A stretch of DNA of 64,000 bases from an uncultured delta proteobacterium (GTDB lineage: Bacteria > Desulfobacterota > Desulfomonilia > UBA1062). The stretch covers positions 1 to 64,000 of the forward strand of contig CAVVYZ010000019.1 of the NCBI GenBank assembly GCA_963752595.1. Reading direction: 5' to 3'. The position numbers and the translations under genes are program-made. Under the pieces are notes generated by a model. It ran no database searches. It was not told the DNA's origin and saw only the letters and a list, made by a program, of their open reading frames with translations. Positions 50,534 to 61,906 of the stretch are shown one piece after another. Numbering within the stretch: the stretch's first letter is position 1; the number at the start of each line of letters is the position of its first letter.

Positions 50534-52824
50534 GTGCCCTGCCTGCGATGGTCCGTGGAATCTTCCAGCATCATTTCGAGCCCCTTGTCTCTTCTCGAAG
50601 ACCATGATCTTGTATTGTCCGCCCGCCCTGAACGGGCCGCTCAATTTCAATTCCAGCATACACGATGAGCCCATAGGAAATGACCAGGCGATGTCCCGCT
50701 CCTGCGGCTTGCCGAACTCGATGGAATAGAGCCAGGATGCGGAATGCCCGAGGAAGACGCAGGCAACCGCATAATGCTCGAAATCCATATCAGGCGCAGG
50801 CTTATCGAAAGCGCGCTTCCAGAGCCCGGCCCATTCCTCTCTTCGTTCCAACCACCTTGACGAACTCTTCTTTCTGGTCGGAAGAATTCCCCTCCCAGGT
50901 GATGCCGCCATAGGCTTTTGGCGAGCCTTTTTTCTCCAGGAGGCCCGTGACTGCGGCATGTCCGCCCTGGAACGCATAGGCCCAGGCTGTCCTGCCCTGC
51001 TTGTCCTGTGCGCGACGTTGCTTCCCTTTTCCGAGCAGGATCCGCACGGTTTCGGCTTCACCCCTTTGCGCGGCCATGATGAGGGCGGTTTCGCCCTTGT
51101 CATTGGCGGGATTGCAGTCCGCCCGGTTCGCCAGGAGCAGCTTGACCGTCTGCAGCTTCGCCTTGTCGAACGAATCCACCGCAGCCATCAGGGCCGTTTT
51201 CCCCTCGGCTGTCCTGTGCATTGACATCGGCGCCCTGCGACGAGGAGGTACTTCACCATGCCGGGTTCGCCGGCTGCTGCATACATGAGCGGGGTCTTGC
51301 CGTCCGATCCGCGCTCATTGACATCCGCACCCTTTTCCTTCAACAGCCTCACCAGCTCTTCGCTGCCGGCGATGACCGCCGAGGTCAGCGCGCCCGTGGA
51401 TTTGAAATCGGCCCCCTTCTCGATGAGGAACCGCACCATGGGGACATGCTTGTTCAGAGATGGCCGTATCCAGGGCCGTGTCGCCGTTTTTCGATCTTGG
51501 CGTTTATGCGGGCGCCTTTTCCGACCAGGGCCTTCACGGTCCCGACGTCTCCTTTTTCGCAGGCATAGATGAGGGCGGTCTTCTGCTCCTCATCCTGTGC
51601 GTTCGCATCGGCGCCTTTGGCCAGCAGCAGTCCGGCGATCTTGAAAGCCCCTTCCTCGATGGCCATGATCAGGGCTGTTTTCCCGTCGTCATAGCGTTCA
51701 TCGACCTTTGCGCCGTTGTCGAGCAGGAGTCTCACCATCTCGATGTGTTTATTCAGGACCGCGTAGATGAGGGCATCCCCACCGCTGATATTTTTGATGT
51801 TCACATCTGCTTTGCTCTGCAGAAGCATCTGTCGCGACTTTCGCATTTCCCTTTACCGAGGCATGGATCAAGGCCGTGTCGTTGGTGCCGTTTTTCGCGT
51901 TTACATCAGCTCCCTTATTGATCAGGAATCGCGCGATGTCGGGCCTGTTCCTGTCCGCGGCATACATGAGCGGCGTGCTGCCGCTCTTGGTCCGTGCATT
52001 TACGTCCGCGCCTTGTGCCACCAGGGCCTTCACCGCATCGAGATTGCCTTGCTTTATCGCGTCGATCAGCGGCTCGGGCGAGGTCTTTGCCTGCTGCGGC
52101 GATCCGCTCGGGTGGCCTGCGGTCGCTTCGAGCAGCTGGACAATATATTCCAGCCCTTCCTTCTTCGCCAGGGACAGGGCGGTGTCTCCTTTGCTGTTCT
52201 GCAATTCCGGCTTGGCGCCCTTGGCAAGCATGGCCTGGACCAGTGCCGCGTCTCCCTGGGCCACCGCGAACATGAGCGGCGTCATGCCGGATTTCAGCCA
52301 GGATTCATCCTGCACATTCACGTCGGCGCCGTTATCGAGCAGGAGATAGACAGTCTTCTTCTTATCCCCGACAGGGCCGAACTGAACCGAGAAGTGGTCG
52401 CATGCCGCAAGCAGAGGCGTGAGGCCTTTGCGCCTGGCGTTCACGTCGGCTCCCTTCGAGATGAGGTATTTCGCTACTTCCACATGCCCGTAGGCAGAGG
52501 CCTCCATCAGCGGAGTACTGGCCTCGTCACCCTTTTCCCCGTCGATGGCCGCGCCGTGCTCGGCGAGCAGCCGGACGATCTCGACGTTCCCGTTTCTGGC
52601 GGCGGTCGCCAGCGGGGTATAGCCGTAGTTGCCCTTCTCGTTTATTCTCATAGCTGCCGGGAGCACTGCGAGGATCGATTTCACCTCTGCGACAGTCGCC
52701 TTTTTTCACGGCCTCGAGGAGAGGGGAATCCGGAGGCGGCATGATCTCCGTGCACATGGCTGCCTGAGAAAAGAGCAGCCGGCAGGATGGCAAGGATCAA
52801 TGCAAGGGCGTGTTTTCCTTTCAT
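50530..52824 (-). CDS. exported ankyrin-repeat protein with C-terminal PrcB-like domain (multiple frameshifts)
   Basis: MKGKHALALILAILPAALFS signal; many G.TPL/TAL..A..G...V..LL..GADVN repeats; WKRAF..PAPDMDFEHYAVACVFLG..YSI. Confidence 0.8.
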
Positions 52825-54087
52825 TTGCTTTTTCCTCCGTCTTCAAGGCATTTTCTGCATTCCTCTTCTGTCTCGAAGGGCACGACTCCGCCACAGCCGC
52901 CCCAGAAGAATGCCTTGCAGGTCTTGCTGGCAGGGTCGTAGTAATACCGCTCGAACATGGCCTTGCACGGCCCCCGCTCGGGTTTCAGCGAGCATCGTTT
53001 TCCCTGGCGGGGTCGTCGAGAGAATCGAATACGCCGCCCCAGCGGTCATCCTGTTCTTCTTTGACTGCCCCTGCCTCGCGCGGGAGGCCGGTGGAGACAT
53101 CGACGAAGATGTCGTCCTTGAAGGAATATTTCCCGGTATAGCTCACCACCTGGATGTATGCCTTTTTGTCTTTGAAGAAATCCTCTCCACCCGGGTAGAT
53201 CCCGTCCAGGTCTTTTCTTCCTTCACGATGAGCGGCCGATGTGCTCGCGATGACGGGGATGTTCAGGCACAGCGGCCTCTGGCCGTAGGGCCTCTGCGCT
53301 TCCGGGTGCTTTTCTTTGTAGAGCGCGCCGCTGTACGGGTCGAGCGGCTCGTTGCCGGGAAAGCACAGGGTGACGGGCGCGATGATGATCAGCTCTATGC
53401 TGCCCTGCCCGCCGAAGGTGTTCGAGGTCTTCAGCGGGTAGTACAGCTCCTTGCTCTTGAACCGGTACGCCACCGGCTCGATGAAGCGTGTTTCGGTGCG
53501 ATACTTCTACATAATCGAGGACAAAGTAAACGAGCCCGCGCTTCACGTAGTCATTCACCACAGCCTCTTCCTCCGGATACTTCTCTTTGGCGGGAAGACC
53601 CTTGGCCTTGAAGTACTTATTCACCCACTGCCTGAACGTGGAGACGTCGTTGACCTTGATGACGGTCATGTCATGGGCCCCGAGCTTTTTGTTCAGGCGA
53701 AGCTCGACGCCTTCTGTCTTCGGAGCGGGGAGCCGCCTTTCGTATAATGAAGATACTGATATTTCAGTCCGTACTTTCTTGATCATGGCCGCTGCCTTGT
53801 CGAAGGCGCCTGCGGGCGCCAGGCCGACAGCCGGCTCGGAAGGGAAGGGGATGAACCGGATGATCCCGGTCTTTTTCGAGGCCTTGAGATCGGTGCCCAG
53901 GATCAGGACCTCTTCGGTGAGATTGTGCAGGATGATGGCCTTCTGGCTAGTCCTCGCTCACCGTGACCGGTTCATTGCTGACATAGACTCTGCCCATGTC
54001 GGCTCGGGCGGTGAAAGACAGGCTGAGCGAGAAAACCAGCACGGGGAAAAGCCCTGACGAAATACATACCTTAAATATTCTGCCCAT
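52821..54087 (-). CDS. DUF2330-like exported protein with C-terminal BPTI/Kunitz domain (frameshifted)
   Basis: Signal ..TARA-DMG; QKAIILHN..EVLILGTD..RFIPFPSEP; YRFKSKELYYPLK; Kunitz CSLKPERGPCKAMFERYYYD..CKAFFWGGC..FETEEECRKC. Confidence 0.8.
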
Positions 54088-54862
54088 TCATTTCTCCGAT
54101 ATGCTTTTTTAACAGCTCAATCACTTCCTGCTTATCGTTCAGGATAGCCAGATCTAAGGCGGTGTTGCCCCTGTTATCCTGCATCTTCACGTCGGCCCCG
54201 GCATCGATCAGCAGCTTCACGATCTCAGCGTGTCCCTTTGTCGCGACCGAATGAATCGGCGCGTCACCGAATGCACCTTTGGCATTCATGTTTGCGCCAT
54301 TTTTAATGAGGATTTTTACTATTTCCGTGTACCCTCCATCCACGGCAACGTGAAGAGGGGTATCGCTTTTATTGTCTTTGACATTGACATCCGCACCTTT
54401 TGAAATGAGGAGCTTGAGCACTGCCGGATTGCCCCACCGGCAGGCTTGCCGGAGCGGGGTATATCCATAATTGTTTTTCACATTCACATCACTGCCTTTT
54501 TCAAGGAGGATTCTTACAATTTCTTCGAGCCTCTGATGGACTGCAACATACAGAGGCGTGTTGCCTTCCCCATTCCTGGCGCTCACATCTGCGCCGTGCT
54601 TTATCAGCACTTTCGCAGCCTCGGTCTGTTGGAAGTGAATTGCGGTATGTAAAGGGGTGATGCGGTATTGTTCATCACTGATAGTAATATCCGCGCCTTG
54701 TTTTATAAATTCCTCAACAATTTTCGGGTTTCCATTGCCGCCACCCAGATACGAGAGAAGGGCCTGCGATGGAGATTCCCCTTCAGCCGCAGCGCAATTG
54801 ACGGCGAACAGACCGATGGCAAGAGCCGACACAAATATTATTTTAAGCATTCCCATCGCCAT
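54071..54862 (-). CDS. exported ankyrin-repeat protein
   Basis: Signal peptide followed by about 6 ankyrin repeats (TPLH/TPLY..GADV). Confidence 0.92.
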   Translation of the reverse strand: MAMGMLKIIFVSALAIGLFAVNCAAAEGESPSQALLSYLGGGNGNPKIVEEFIKQGADITISDEQYRITPLHTAIHFQQTEAAKVLIKHGADVSARNGEGNTPLYVAVHQRLEEIVRILLEKGSDVNVKNNYGYTPLRQACRWGNPAVLKLLISKGADVNVKDNKSDTPLHVAVDGGYTEIVKILIKNGANMNAKGAFGDAPIHSVATKGHAEIVKLLIDAGADVKMQDNRGNTALDLAILNDKQEVIELLKKHIGEMNGQNI

Positions 54863-55068
54863 TCCTGCCTCCGATTTTCTGCTTCCGGCCAATGAACAAG
54901 TAGGCGATGGGACCTAAAAAAGGCACGAAGATAATGGCTATCAGCCATATAAGCTTGTTGTTTCCCTTAAAGTCGCTCTTCAGGATATCGACAAAAGCCA
55001 ACAGCCAGGGAATAACCCCAATAAACAAAACGAGAATGATTAACTCAGGAAAGCCCGATTCCGGACAT
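54843..55068 (-). CDS. small PLDc_N-domain membrane protein
   Basis: LAFVDILKSDF..NKLIWLIAIIFVPFLGPIAYLFIGR. Confidence 0.85.
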
Positions 55069-55107
55069 GTAAGCTCCTCTTTTATGCAGAAGATGAAGAC
55101 TACGTCA

Positions 55108-55612
55108 TAGCCTCTATGCATTTAACGGCGGCGTCTTGCAGCGGCGTGTGGCTCGAGCACCAGCAGGAGCTCGCCGGTGGACTGGTCGAAGATCTCCCAG
55201 CCGATGGCTTCCATTGTGCTCGATCCCTTTCCTTCCGGCCAGTCGATGATGCGGTCGATCCCTTCCAATGCCGTCTCGAAAGCACACGGCGACACGCTCA
55301 TACTCGGGCTTTGCGGGGTTCACCTTTCCGGGCTGAAGCATGGCCAGGGCACCGGCGAGGCTTTCCCTGGCTTTCGTATAATTCGCGGGCCGGTTTTCCA
55401 TCTTCGCGAGCACTTGCTCGCGGCTGCAGTCGGCAATTGCCTGAGCCCCGGCCTTGATGGCTGCCTGACAGTCGCTGTCGGAGTAGACGGGATACGGCAC
55501 GGTCTGCTTCGGGAGTGGTGGCGCAGCCAGCGGCCAGCGCCATCACCGCCAGACAGACGAGGATGCGGATACGGTTATTAAATTTCCAGCCAAGAAGCGA
55601 AGTCTTTTGCAT
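55108..55612 (-). CDS. hypothetical lipoprotein (frameshifted)
   Basis: Lipobox LAAGC; mature part continues in adjacent frames. Confidence 0.6.
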
Positions 55613-57026
55613 AGTCCTTCATTCTCCTTCTGCATCTTCTTGTACTGATCGCCCCGTGAACGGATGGTCGCTTCATTCACCTCGGCAGCCCGAACGGTGA
55701 TATTGACCTCGTCCCAGTCGTCTGCCATGGCATCATGGAAGACCTGAGCGCTCTGGAGCTTCTCCAGCGTCGCCATCTCGGCGTCGATCTGACGGCCCAG
55801 CTGACCCCGGCCGTGACCGCATAGGCGGTGTCCATCGCTAGTTTCGGCTGCGCCCACAGCAATGCCGGCGTCCGCCGGACAGGGGTTTCGACAGCAGCTT
55901 GATCTTGAGGCGCCAGACCTTTTCGCGCGCCTCGCGGTCTTCGAACCACTGTGTGGCATCCTTGCCCTCTGTCTGCAGCCTTGTTGTAAGATTTCACGAT
56001 ATCCACCACGTTGGTGCCGATATCGTATGCCAACTTGCCGTTTGCAGCAGCTTGGTAATCTTCAGCTCCCGATCCAGGGAATCCTTCACGCCCTGCGGCA
56101 ACGTCTTGTCCTCCAGCGCATTCTCCAGATGCATCTCTGTTTTCGTCAGATTGAAATCCGCGAAGAAGCCGGCGGGATTGGCATTCTTGATTGCCTCTTT
56201 GATCTGGGCGTCCTTTTCGCGGATGCTCAGTGTCATCGCCAGGGCGAGCTTCTTCTTTTCCGCCCTTGCTTTGCTGTAGGCTTCGAGCTGCTTTCTCGGC
56301 CCGGGCGCGGGCGGCGGCGATGCCCTCTTTTTCCCTGATCTCGCGAAGCTCCTGGCTTCCCTCGATGTGATCGTCGAGCATCCGGGTGCGGCGCATCATG
56401 GCCGTCTCCACATTGCCCTGCGCCTTTTTCAGCTCCTCGTCCGTGGTTTTGCTCAAACCTGCATAGTTCTGTGCAATGAGATCATAGACGGCGATATTGG
56501 GATCGACCGGCTTCGGCTTTGGTGGGGAAGGCTTCGTCGCGGCCTTGTAAGCGGATACAACGCCATAGCGGATGGGCCCTGTGGGGACATACAGCGCCAT
56601 CCAGGGAAGGGCGCCCATACGCAGGCCGAAGGTGAATGCACCCGAGGCATACTCGTCGCTGTCCGGGACGTTGAGGAAATTCTGATAGCTGTCAATGAAG
56701 AAGTCTTCCTTAAGACTTCCGGCCATCTGCTTGAAATACCAGACGCCGCCTGCAAACACTCCGCCCACCATTCCCACGGGTGCGACAAAGATGGGCGCCC
56801 TCTCGAAGGAAGCGCCACCGCCGCCCGACCTTTCCGAGTCGTCGCCGCCTCCGCCACCGCCGCCGTCGTATGGGCAGTTTGGAGCATGGCCGCTGCCGCA
56901 GGGCCTGTCGCAGGAGGCGCAGACGCAATTCGGTTCCGGGATGTACGCCGACGAGGTTGTCGCGCCCAGTATCAATCCCGATAAAAACAAACACGCAACC
57001 AGCATCGGATAAAAACGTTTCTTCAT
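55610..57026 (-). CDS. exported hypothetical protein with Cys/His-rich N-terminal motif, Gly linker, hydrophobic and coiled-coil segments (frameshifted)
   Basis: Signal peptide; CVCASCDRPCGSGHAPNC; GGGGGGG; 3' end approximate. Confidence 0.65.
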
Positions 57027-57151
57027 CTTTTAATACCTCTCTCTTAAGCTGAATTCTCTCTCTTGCTTTAGCCGGTGATACAGGCCGTGCCGTCATTGCC
57101 GCAGCCTGTGGTATTCTTATGAGTCTCTTCGATGCACATTCTTATGGCAGT

Positions 57152-57457
57152 CTAGTCGAGGAAGCCGGGTTTCGAACCGGTTATGATCCGGCCGTCATGG
57201 GAGATTATGCACTGATAGCGGCCCATGCCCCTTTTCGGAACCAGGATGCACTCTTTTTCGTTTATCACGATCATGTAATCCTTCTTGGAAAAAACAGACA
57301 GATACTCGTCCAGGGGCTTTCCCTTTACGGCTTGATTGCAGGCATCGGCAGCCATATTTTTGGCCTGCCGCATGTCCCATAGGGTATAAGCCGCCGGTAT
57401 TGCGATCAGAAGGAAAAGGACAATGGTGAAATATTTTTTAAACTTTTTCATCTGCAC
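57152..57457 (-). CDS. small membrane-anchored hypothetical protein
   Basis: 101-aa ORF with an N-terminal TM segment. Confidence 0.6.
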   Translation of the reverse strand: MQMKKFKKYFTIVLFLLIAIPAAYTLWDMRQAKNMAADACNQAVKGKPLDEYLSVFSKKDYMIVINEKECILVPKRGMGRYQCIISHDGRIITGSKPGFLD

Positions 57458-57685
57458 GATAGCCGCCCACCAATTTCGTCGTTCAAGTGCGTCCTGAATA
57501 AGTTGCCGGGATGTACAGCATCACGATCCGGCGCTGATTTTCCCTTAAAAACCGTGATGTGATTTCATTATATCATCCAAACGATTCCTGGGATACACCA
57601 ATTGCCTTTTTAACGGGGGTATCGGATCTTTTCATTTTTTTAGAGAGAATTCTTTTTACTCCTTCTGCGAAAAGATCTGGGCCGG

Positions 57686-58834
57686 CTACATCCACCCGTC
57701 GGTCAGGCGGTCTTTCAGCTTGTCGCTGAGGAAGCCCTTCCACCGGCTTGCAGCGATCTCCTTTGCATCGGCTGCTGTGATTCTTCCGCCATTGAGCATC
57801 TTGAAGCCGGTCTGAAGCTCGGTATCGGAAAACGGGGCTTCACCCAATCCCAGCTCTGCTCCCTGCCTCGTCACCTTGTCGAGGTCGTTCATGATGGCCT
57901 GATAATCGCTCGGGCTGCCGTTGGCCAGCGTGCCGACAAGGCGCTGCGGCTCTAAGGTCTGGAAGAGGTCGCCCGTGAACTCGTTCATCTTGTCCACGTG
58001 CTCGACCGCGAGTTCGGCGTTCTGCGCGCTGGTGGGAAGGGCGCCCTTGATCAGATCCTTCGCGATGTCCTTCACCGCGTCCTTTGCCACATCCTTCGCA
58101 TACTCGATACCCGACTTCATGATGCCGTCCTGTAGGGAAGAGGTCTCCGTGGTCAGTGGTTCTGCAAGCTGTTCCATTGTGGGGGCCCTCACGTCAGGGG
58201 CTCCTGTACCCAGGATTTGGGGAGTGGCGGTTTCTCCGCTGATCGCAACAGGCGCTTCATCGCGCTGTCCGTCAGTGAGATTGGAGGGCGCTCCGGCGGG
58301 GTTAGACTGGATGCCGAAAAATGCCGTGCCCTGGCCCTGACCGGGAACGCTGAACACATCGTCGAGGCTCTCCGATATCTCGCGGTCTCTGCCGTCCCAG
58401 AAATTACGCAAATGCTCGGCAGAGATGAGCCGATCCTTGCGCTGTTCCTCCGCGAGCCTCTTCTGTTCCGCTTCCGCCATTGCCTGCGCAGCCTCGGCCT
58501 GTGCCGTGTCGGCAGCATCCATTGCATTGAGGATGTCGATCACCATCATACTCGTAGTGAGCGCATTCATGGTGGCTATGCTCGATGCGGAAGGCTTTTT
58601 AACGGTATTCTGTACCTTTACCTGAGTGTTCTGGGTGTTCTTTCCGTAGCCCGGTACCCGGGTGGGAGGGGGAACACGAGGGATGGAGCGGTCGATCGTC
58701 TGGCCGGTGATACTTTCAAGATCCTCGATTCCGCCGCTTCGAGCCGGGTCCGGGGATGTCAGTGCCGCAATGAAGAACACGGCAACGATAACTGCTGCTG
58801 AGCGGATGCATGCCATAACTCTTTCCCCTTTCAC
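57686..58834 (-). CDS. exported hypothetical protein
   Basis: Signal peptide; helical/coiled-coil segments; coupled to the upstream TPR gene. Confidence 0.75.
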   Translation of the reverse strand: MKGERVMACIRSAAVIVAVFFIAALTSPDPARSGGIEDLESITGQTIDRSIPRVPPPTRVPGYGKNTQNTQVKVQNTVKKPSASSIATMNALTTSMMVIDILNAMDAADTAQAEAAQAMAEAEQKRLAEEQRKDRLISAEHLRNFWDGRDREISESLDDVFSVPGQGQGTAFFGIQSNPAGAPSNLTDGQRDEAPVAISGETATPQILGTGAPDVRAPTMEQLAEPLTTETSSLQDGIMKSGIEYAKDVAKDAVKDIAKDLIKGALPTSAQNAELAVEHVDKMNEFTGDLFQTLEPQRLVGTLANGSPSDYQAIMNDLDKVTRQGAELGLGEAPFSDTELQTGFKMLNGGRITAADAKEIAASRWKGFLSDKLKDRLTDGWM

Positions 58835-58853
58835 GGAAATTCCGTGGCCGTAT

Positions 58854-60585
58854 CTATTTTGCCTGGAGCTTCTTCAGCTCCTCCGAAGCAGCCTCTTTGA
58901 GCGAGGCATCGACAGCGGCTGCCTTCTCGAAATCCTTCTTTGCATCGCCGGTGCGGCCCAGGGCTGCAAGGCACCTGCCCCTGGCAAGGCATGCCTCGCC
59001 GTCTTCAGGGGCCATTGCCAGTGCCTGATTGAGCATTTTGAGGCCTTCATCCTTGCGGCCGTCCATGGTCAGCGCCGATCCGTAGGTAACATAGGCCCAG
59101 GACTGGCCGGGATTGAGCTTCAGAGCCTTGCGGCTGTCGCTGACAGCGTCTCTGGTCTTGCCTTTGGAGAGGTTGATGTTCGCTCTGGTAAGCAGCGCCA
59201 TGACCTCTTTGGGCTCCAGGGTGAGTGCATTGGTGCTGTCTTCGAGCGCACGGTCGAGAGAGCCCGCTTTCAGGCGTGCGAATCCGCGCAATGCGTATGC
59301 AGTGCTTGAGGTTTTGGCCGCAAGGGATGCTGTGCAGTCATCAACTGCCTGTTCATGCCGGCGGAGCATGATGTTTGTGAGTGCCCTTTCGAGCAGCAAC
59401 GCCGCATCTTGAGGGGCAATATTGACCGCCTTGTCGTATGCTGCCAGGGCGTTCGCCAGCTCGCCCTTCTCACGGTACGCCCGACCGGCGAAGCGGTGGA
59501 AATCCAGGTTGCCGGGTGCGATCCTTATGCCGCCGTCAGCGTATTCGGCCAGTGCATCGAAATCGCCGAGCGCAACCGATGCCTGGCAGGCGGTAAGATA
59601 GGGCCTGGCTTCCCGCGACCCCAGTGCGATGGCCGTATAGGCATCCCTGGCCGCGGCGTCCCATTTTCCGCCCCGGGCCAGCACCTCTGCGCGAACGATG
59701 TACGGAGCAGTAGCCTCGGGCTTGAGCTTGATCGCCCGTGTCAGGTCTTTGGCAGCATCGGTAAGCTTACCCGAGCCTGCATGTGCCCTGCCCCGGTGGT
59801 AAAAGGCCTCTGCCGATTTCTTATTCAAGGCAATGCTTTTGTCCAGGTCGGCTCTCGCCTCCTGCCACATCCCTTTCTCCACATAGGCACGCCCCCGGTT
59901 CAGGAGTGAAACTGCATCATCCGGCCGGAGAGAGAGTGCTTTCGTGTACACGATGGCGGCATTATCCCAGTCGTGCATCTCGCGGTACGCGATCCCCTGG
60001 ACGCTCATCGCCTCGACGAGCTTCGGGTCGATCTCCGCGGCGCGCCGGGCATCGGCCAAAGCCTGGGGCCAGCTGCCCTTGAACGACTGAATCCAGGCTC
60101 GCTCCAGGATGATATGCGCATTGTCCGGAAAGCGTTTGACGGCCTCGTCTGCCTGTTTCAAGGCTGCATCGGGCTCTCCCAGCATGCGCATCGCCTGGAG
60201 CTGATACGCAACAGGCATGGGATCGGATGCATTCTTCTGAGCGGCATCTGACGCCGCTGCCATGAGCTCCAGCCAGCGGCTTTCACCGGCCAGTTTGGCA
60301 AGGTCGGTCTTGAGAGGCTGATTCGTTTTCAGGAGGGACGGTTCTCCGGCCCATGCCGGCGTCTGAACCGTGATCAGCGCCAGTGCAGTGAATCCGGCGA
60401 CAAGGGCTATGATGAAGCACCCCGCAGCAAGCAGTTGGGTATCAAAAAGCCTTCTGATTCTCCCCCCTCTCCTGTGTCCTCTCACGACCCGCTTTGCGGG
60501 TGCCCCGGGGGAGAGGAAAAAAGGGGAACCCCGCAGCAGGCTGCGAGATACCATCTGAATGAAGGCAGCGGTCGCACTGCGCATG
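58854..60585 (-). CDS. tetratricopeptide-repeat protein
   Basis: Many TPRs (A...RG.A....G....A..D...AI.L.P) after a hydrophobic segment; start uncertain. Confidence 0.92.
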
Positions 60586-60598
60586 GAATACCCCCTTC

Positions 60599-61891
60599 TC
60601 AGTTCTGTCTTTTTACAGCCGCTTCCTGCTTGATGGCGGCCAGGATGGGTTTGAGTACCTCGATGCGCTGGCGGCACAGGACAGAGAACTCCCGGTCAGG
60701 TGCAGGGTCGCCCTGTCCCTTTTCCACTATGGCTTGAGCGCGGTCTTTTGCCTGTTCGGCCTGCCCGCTCAGATCCAGTATCGACTTTTCGATGCGGGTT
60801 GCCAGTGCCGGCAGTTCGTCACCGGTTTTTTCCTTCAGGATTCTCGTCAGCGATCTGTTCTTTGCCTCCAGCAGCACGCCGTTGCTCCATCGCAAAACCT
60901 CGGACCTGTCGGCACCCGAGAGATCAGGGGTCTCGATGAAATCCTCCAGGGGAGCTTCCTCGACAGCGCGCACGACCACCTTGGCGGGCACGCCGTTTTC
61001 CATGAGGACACCCACGGCGGTCAGGGCCTTTACCGAACGCAGGTACCCGGTCACCGGGTGCCAGGCTCCGGTCTCATCACGCCGGGCCACGATCACTTCA
61101 TCCAGAGGCTTTAACCCGCGTCTGGGATAATCCTTATATATGAGTGCGGTAAAACTGTCAGCGCTGTTCAGTTTTTGGGAGAGTGAGGGGGCGAGGTAGC
61201 TCCAGCAATGCCGGCCGTCGATCGTGACCTCCTGCAGGCGCGTTCTCCGCACCTGGTAGTCGTTCGCCAGTCCGGCCTGATCTGCCGTGCGAAGGGATTT
61301 TACGACCGCCTCGACGTGGCAGTTGGTTCTATAATCTCCCTGCTTGGCGGTGGCTTTTTTGATGTTTTCTTCAAAGTTGATGAATAGAATTTGATAGTCC
61401 CTCGGCAGGTCCGATGGTCCGACAATCGGCAGAAGGCCCAGTGGGCCCAGAATGGTCATCCACTTGACCTCTTCGAATTCAAAGGCGACCTTTCCGGCCG
61501 GTACGCTTTCTCCCAGGGCATTTATCAGTCTGGTCTTCACGTTGTACGTGGTCTTTTCCGTGCCGGGAAAGGGTATCATCCCCAGGCTGCAGAAACCTGT
61601 CAGAAAAGCCGCGCGATTCATTGATGAATCATGGCTGAAATCAGTCTCGACCACCACCGGCAGGCCGGTCCACTCGTCCGTAAACAGGTTGGGATAGAGT
61701 TCCCTGGAGCGTACAGCGAGTGTCTCATCTTTCCCATCGAGGCTTACGATACTGAAGCGCACGTCGCCCATTTGCAGTGTCTTGTCGCCCGAAGGCTTGA
61801 GTGTGCTTACGTAGCGTGTCGAAGCACAGCCGCTCAAAGCGCTGAGTATTAGTACCGCTGCCAGCCATGTCACAGTTGTTTGAAATTTCAT
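60599..61891 (-). CDS. lipoprotein, tandem paralog 3
   Basis: Lipobox LSGC; C-terminal domain shared with neighbours. Confidence 0.85.
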   Translation of the reverse strand: MKFQTTVTWLAAVLILSALSGCASTRYVSTLKPSGDKTLQMGDVRFSIVSLDGKDETLAVRSRELYPNLFTDEWTGLPVVVETDFSHDSSMNRAAFLTGFCSLGMIPFPGTEKTTYNVKTRLINALGESVPAGKVAFEFEEVKWMTILGPLGLLPIVGPSDLPRDYQILFINFEENIKKATAKQGDYRTNCHVEAVVKSLRTADQAGLANDYQVRRTRLQEVTIDGRHCWSYLAPSLSQKLNSADSFTALIYKDYPRRGLKPLDEVIVARRDETGAWHPVTGYLRSVKALTAVGVLMENGVPAKVVVRAVEEAPLEDFIETPDLSGADRSEVLRWSNGVLLEAKNRSLTRILKEKTGDELPALATRIEKSILDLSGQAEQAKDRAQAIVEKGQGDPAPDREFSVLCRQRIEVLKPILAAIKQEAAVKRQN

Positions 61892-61906
61892 CCCGGACTC
61901 CTTCTC

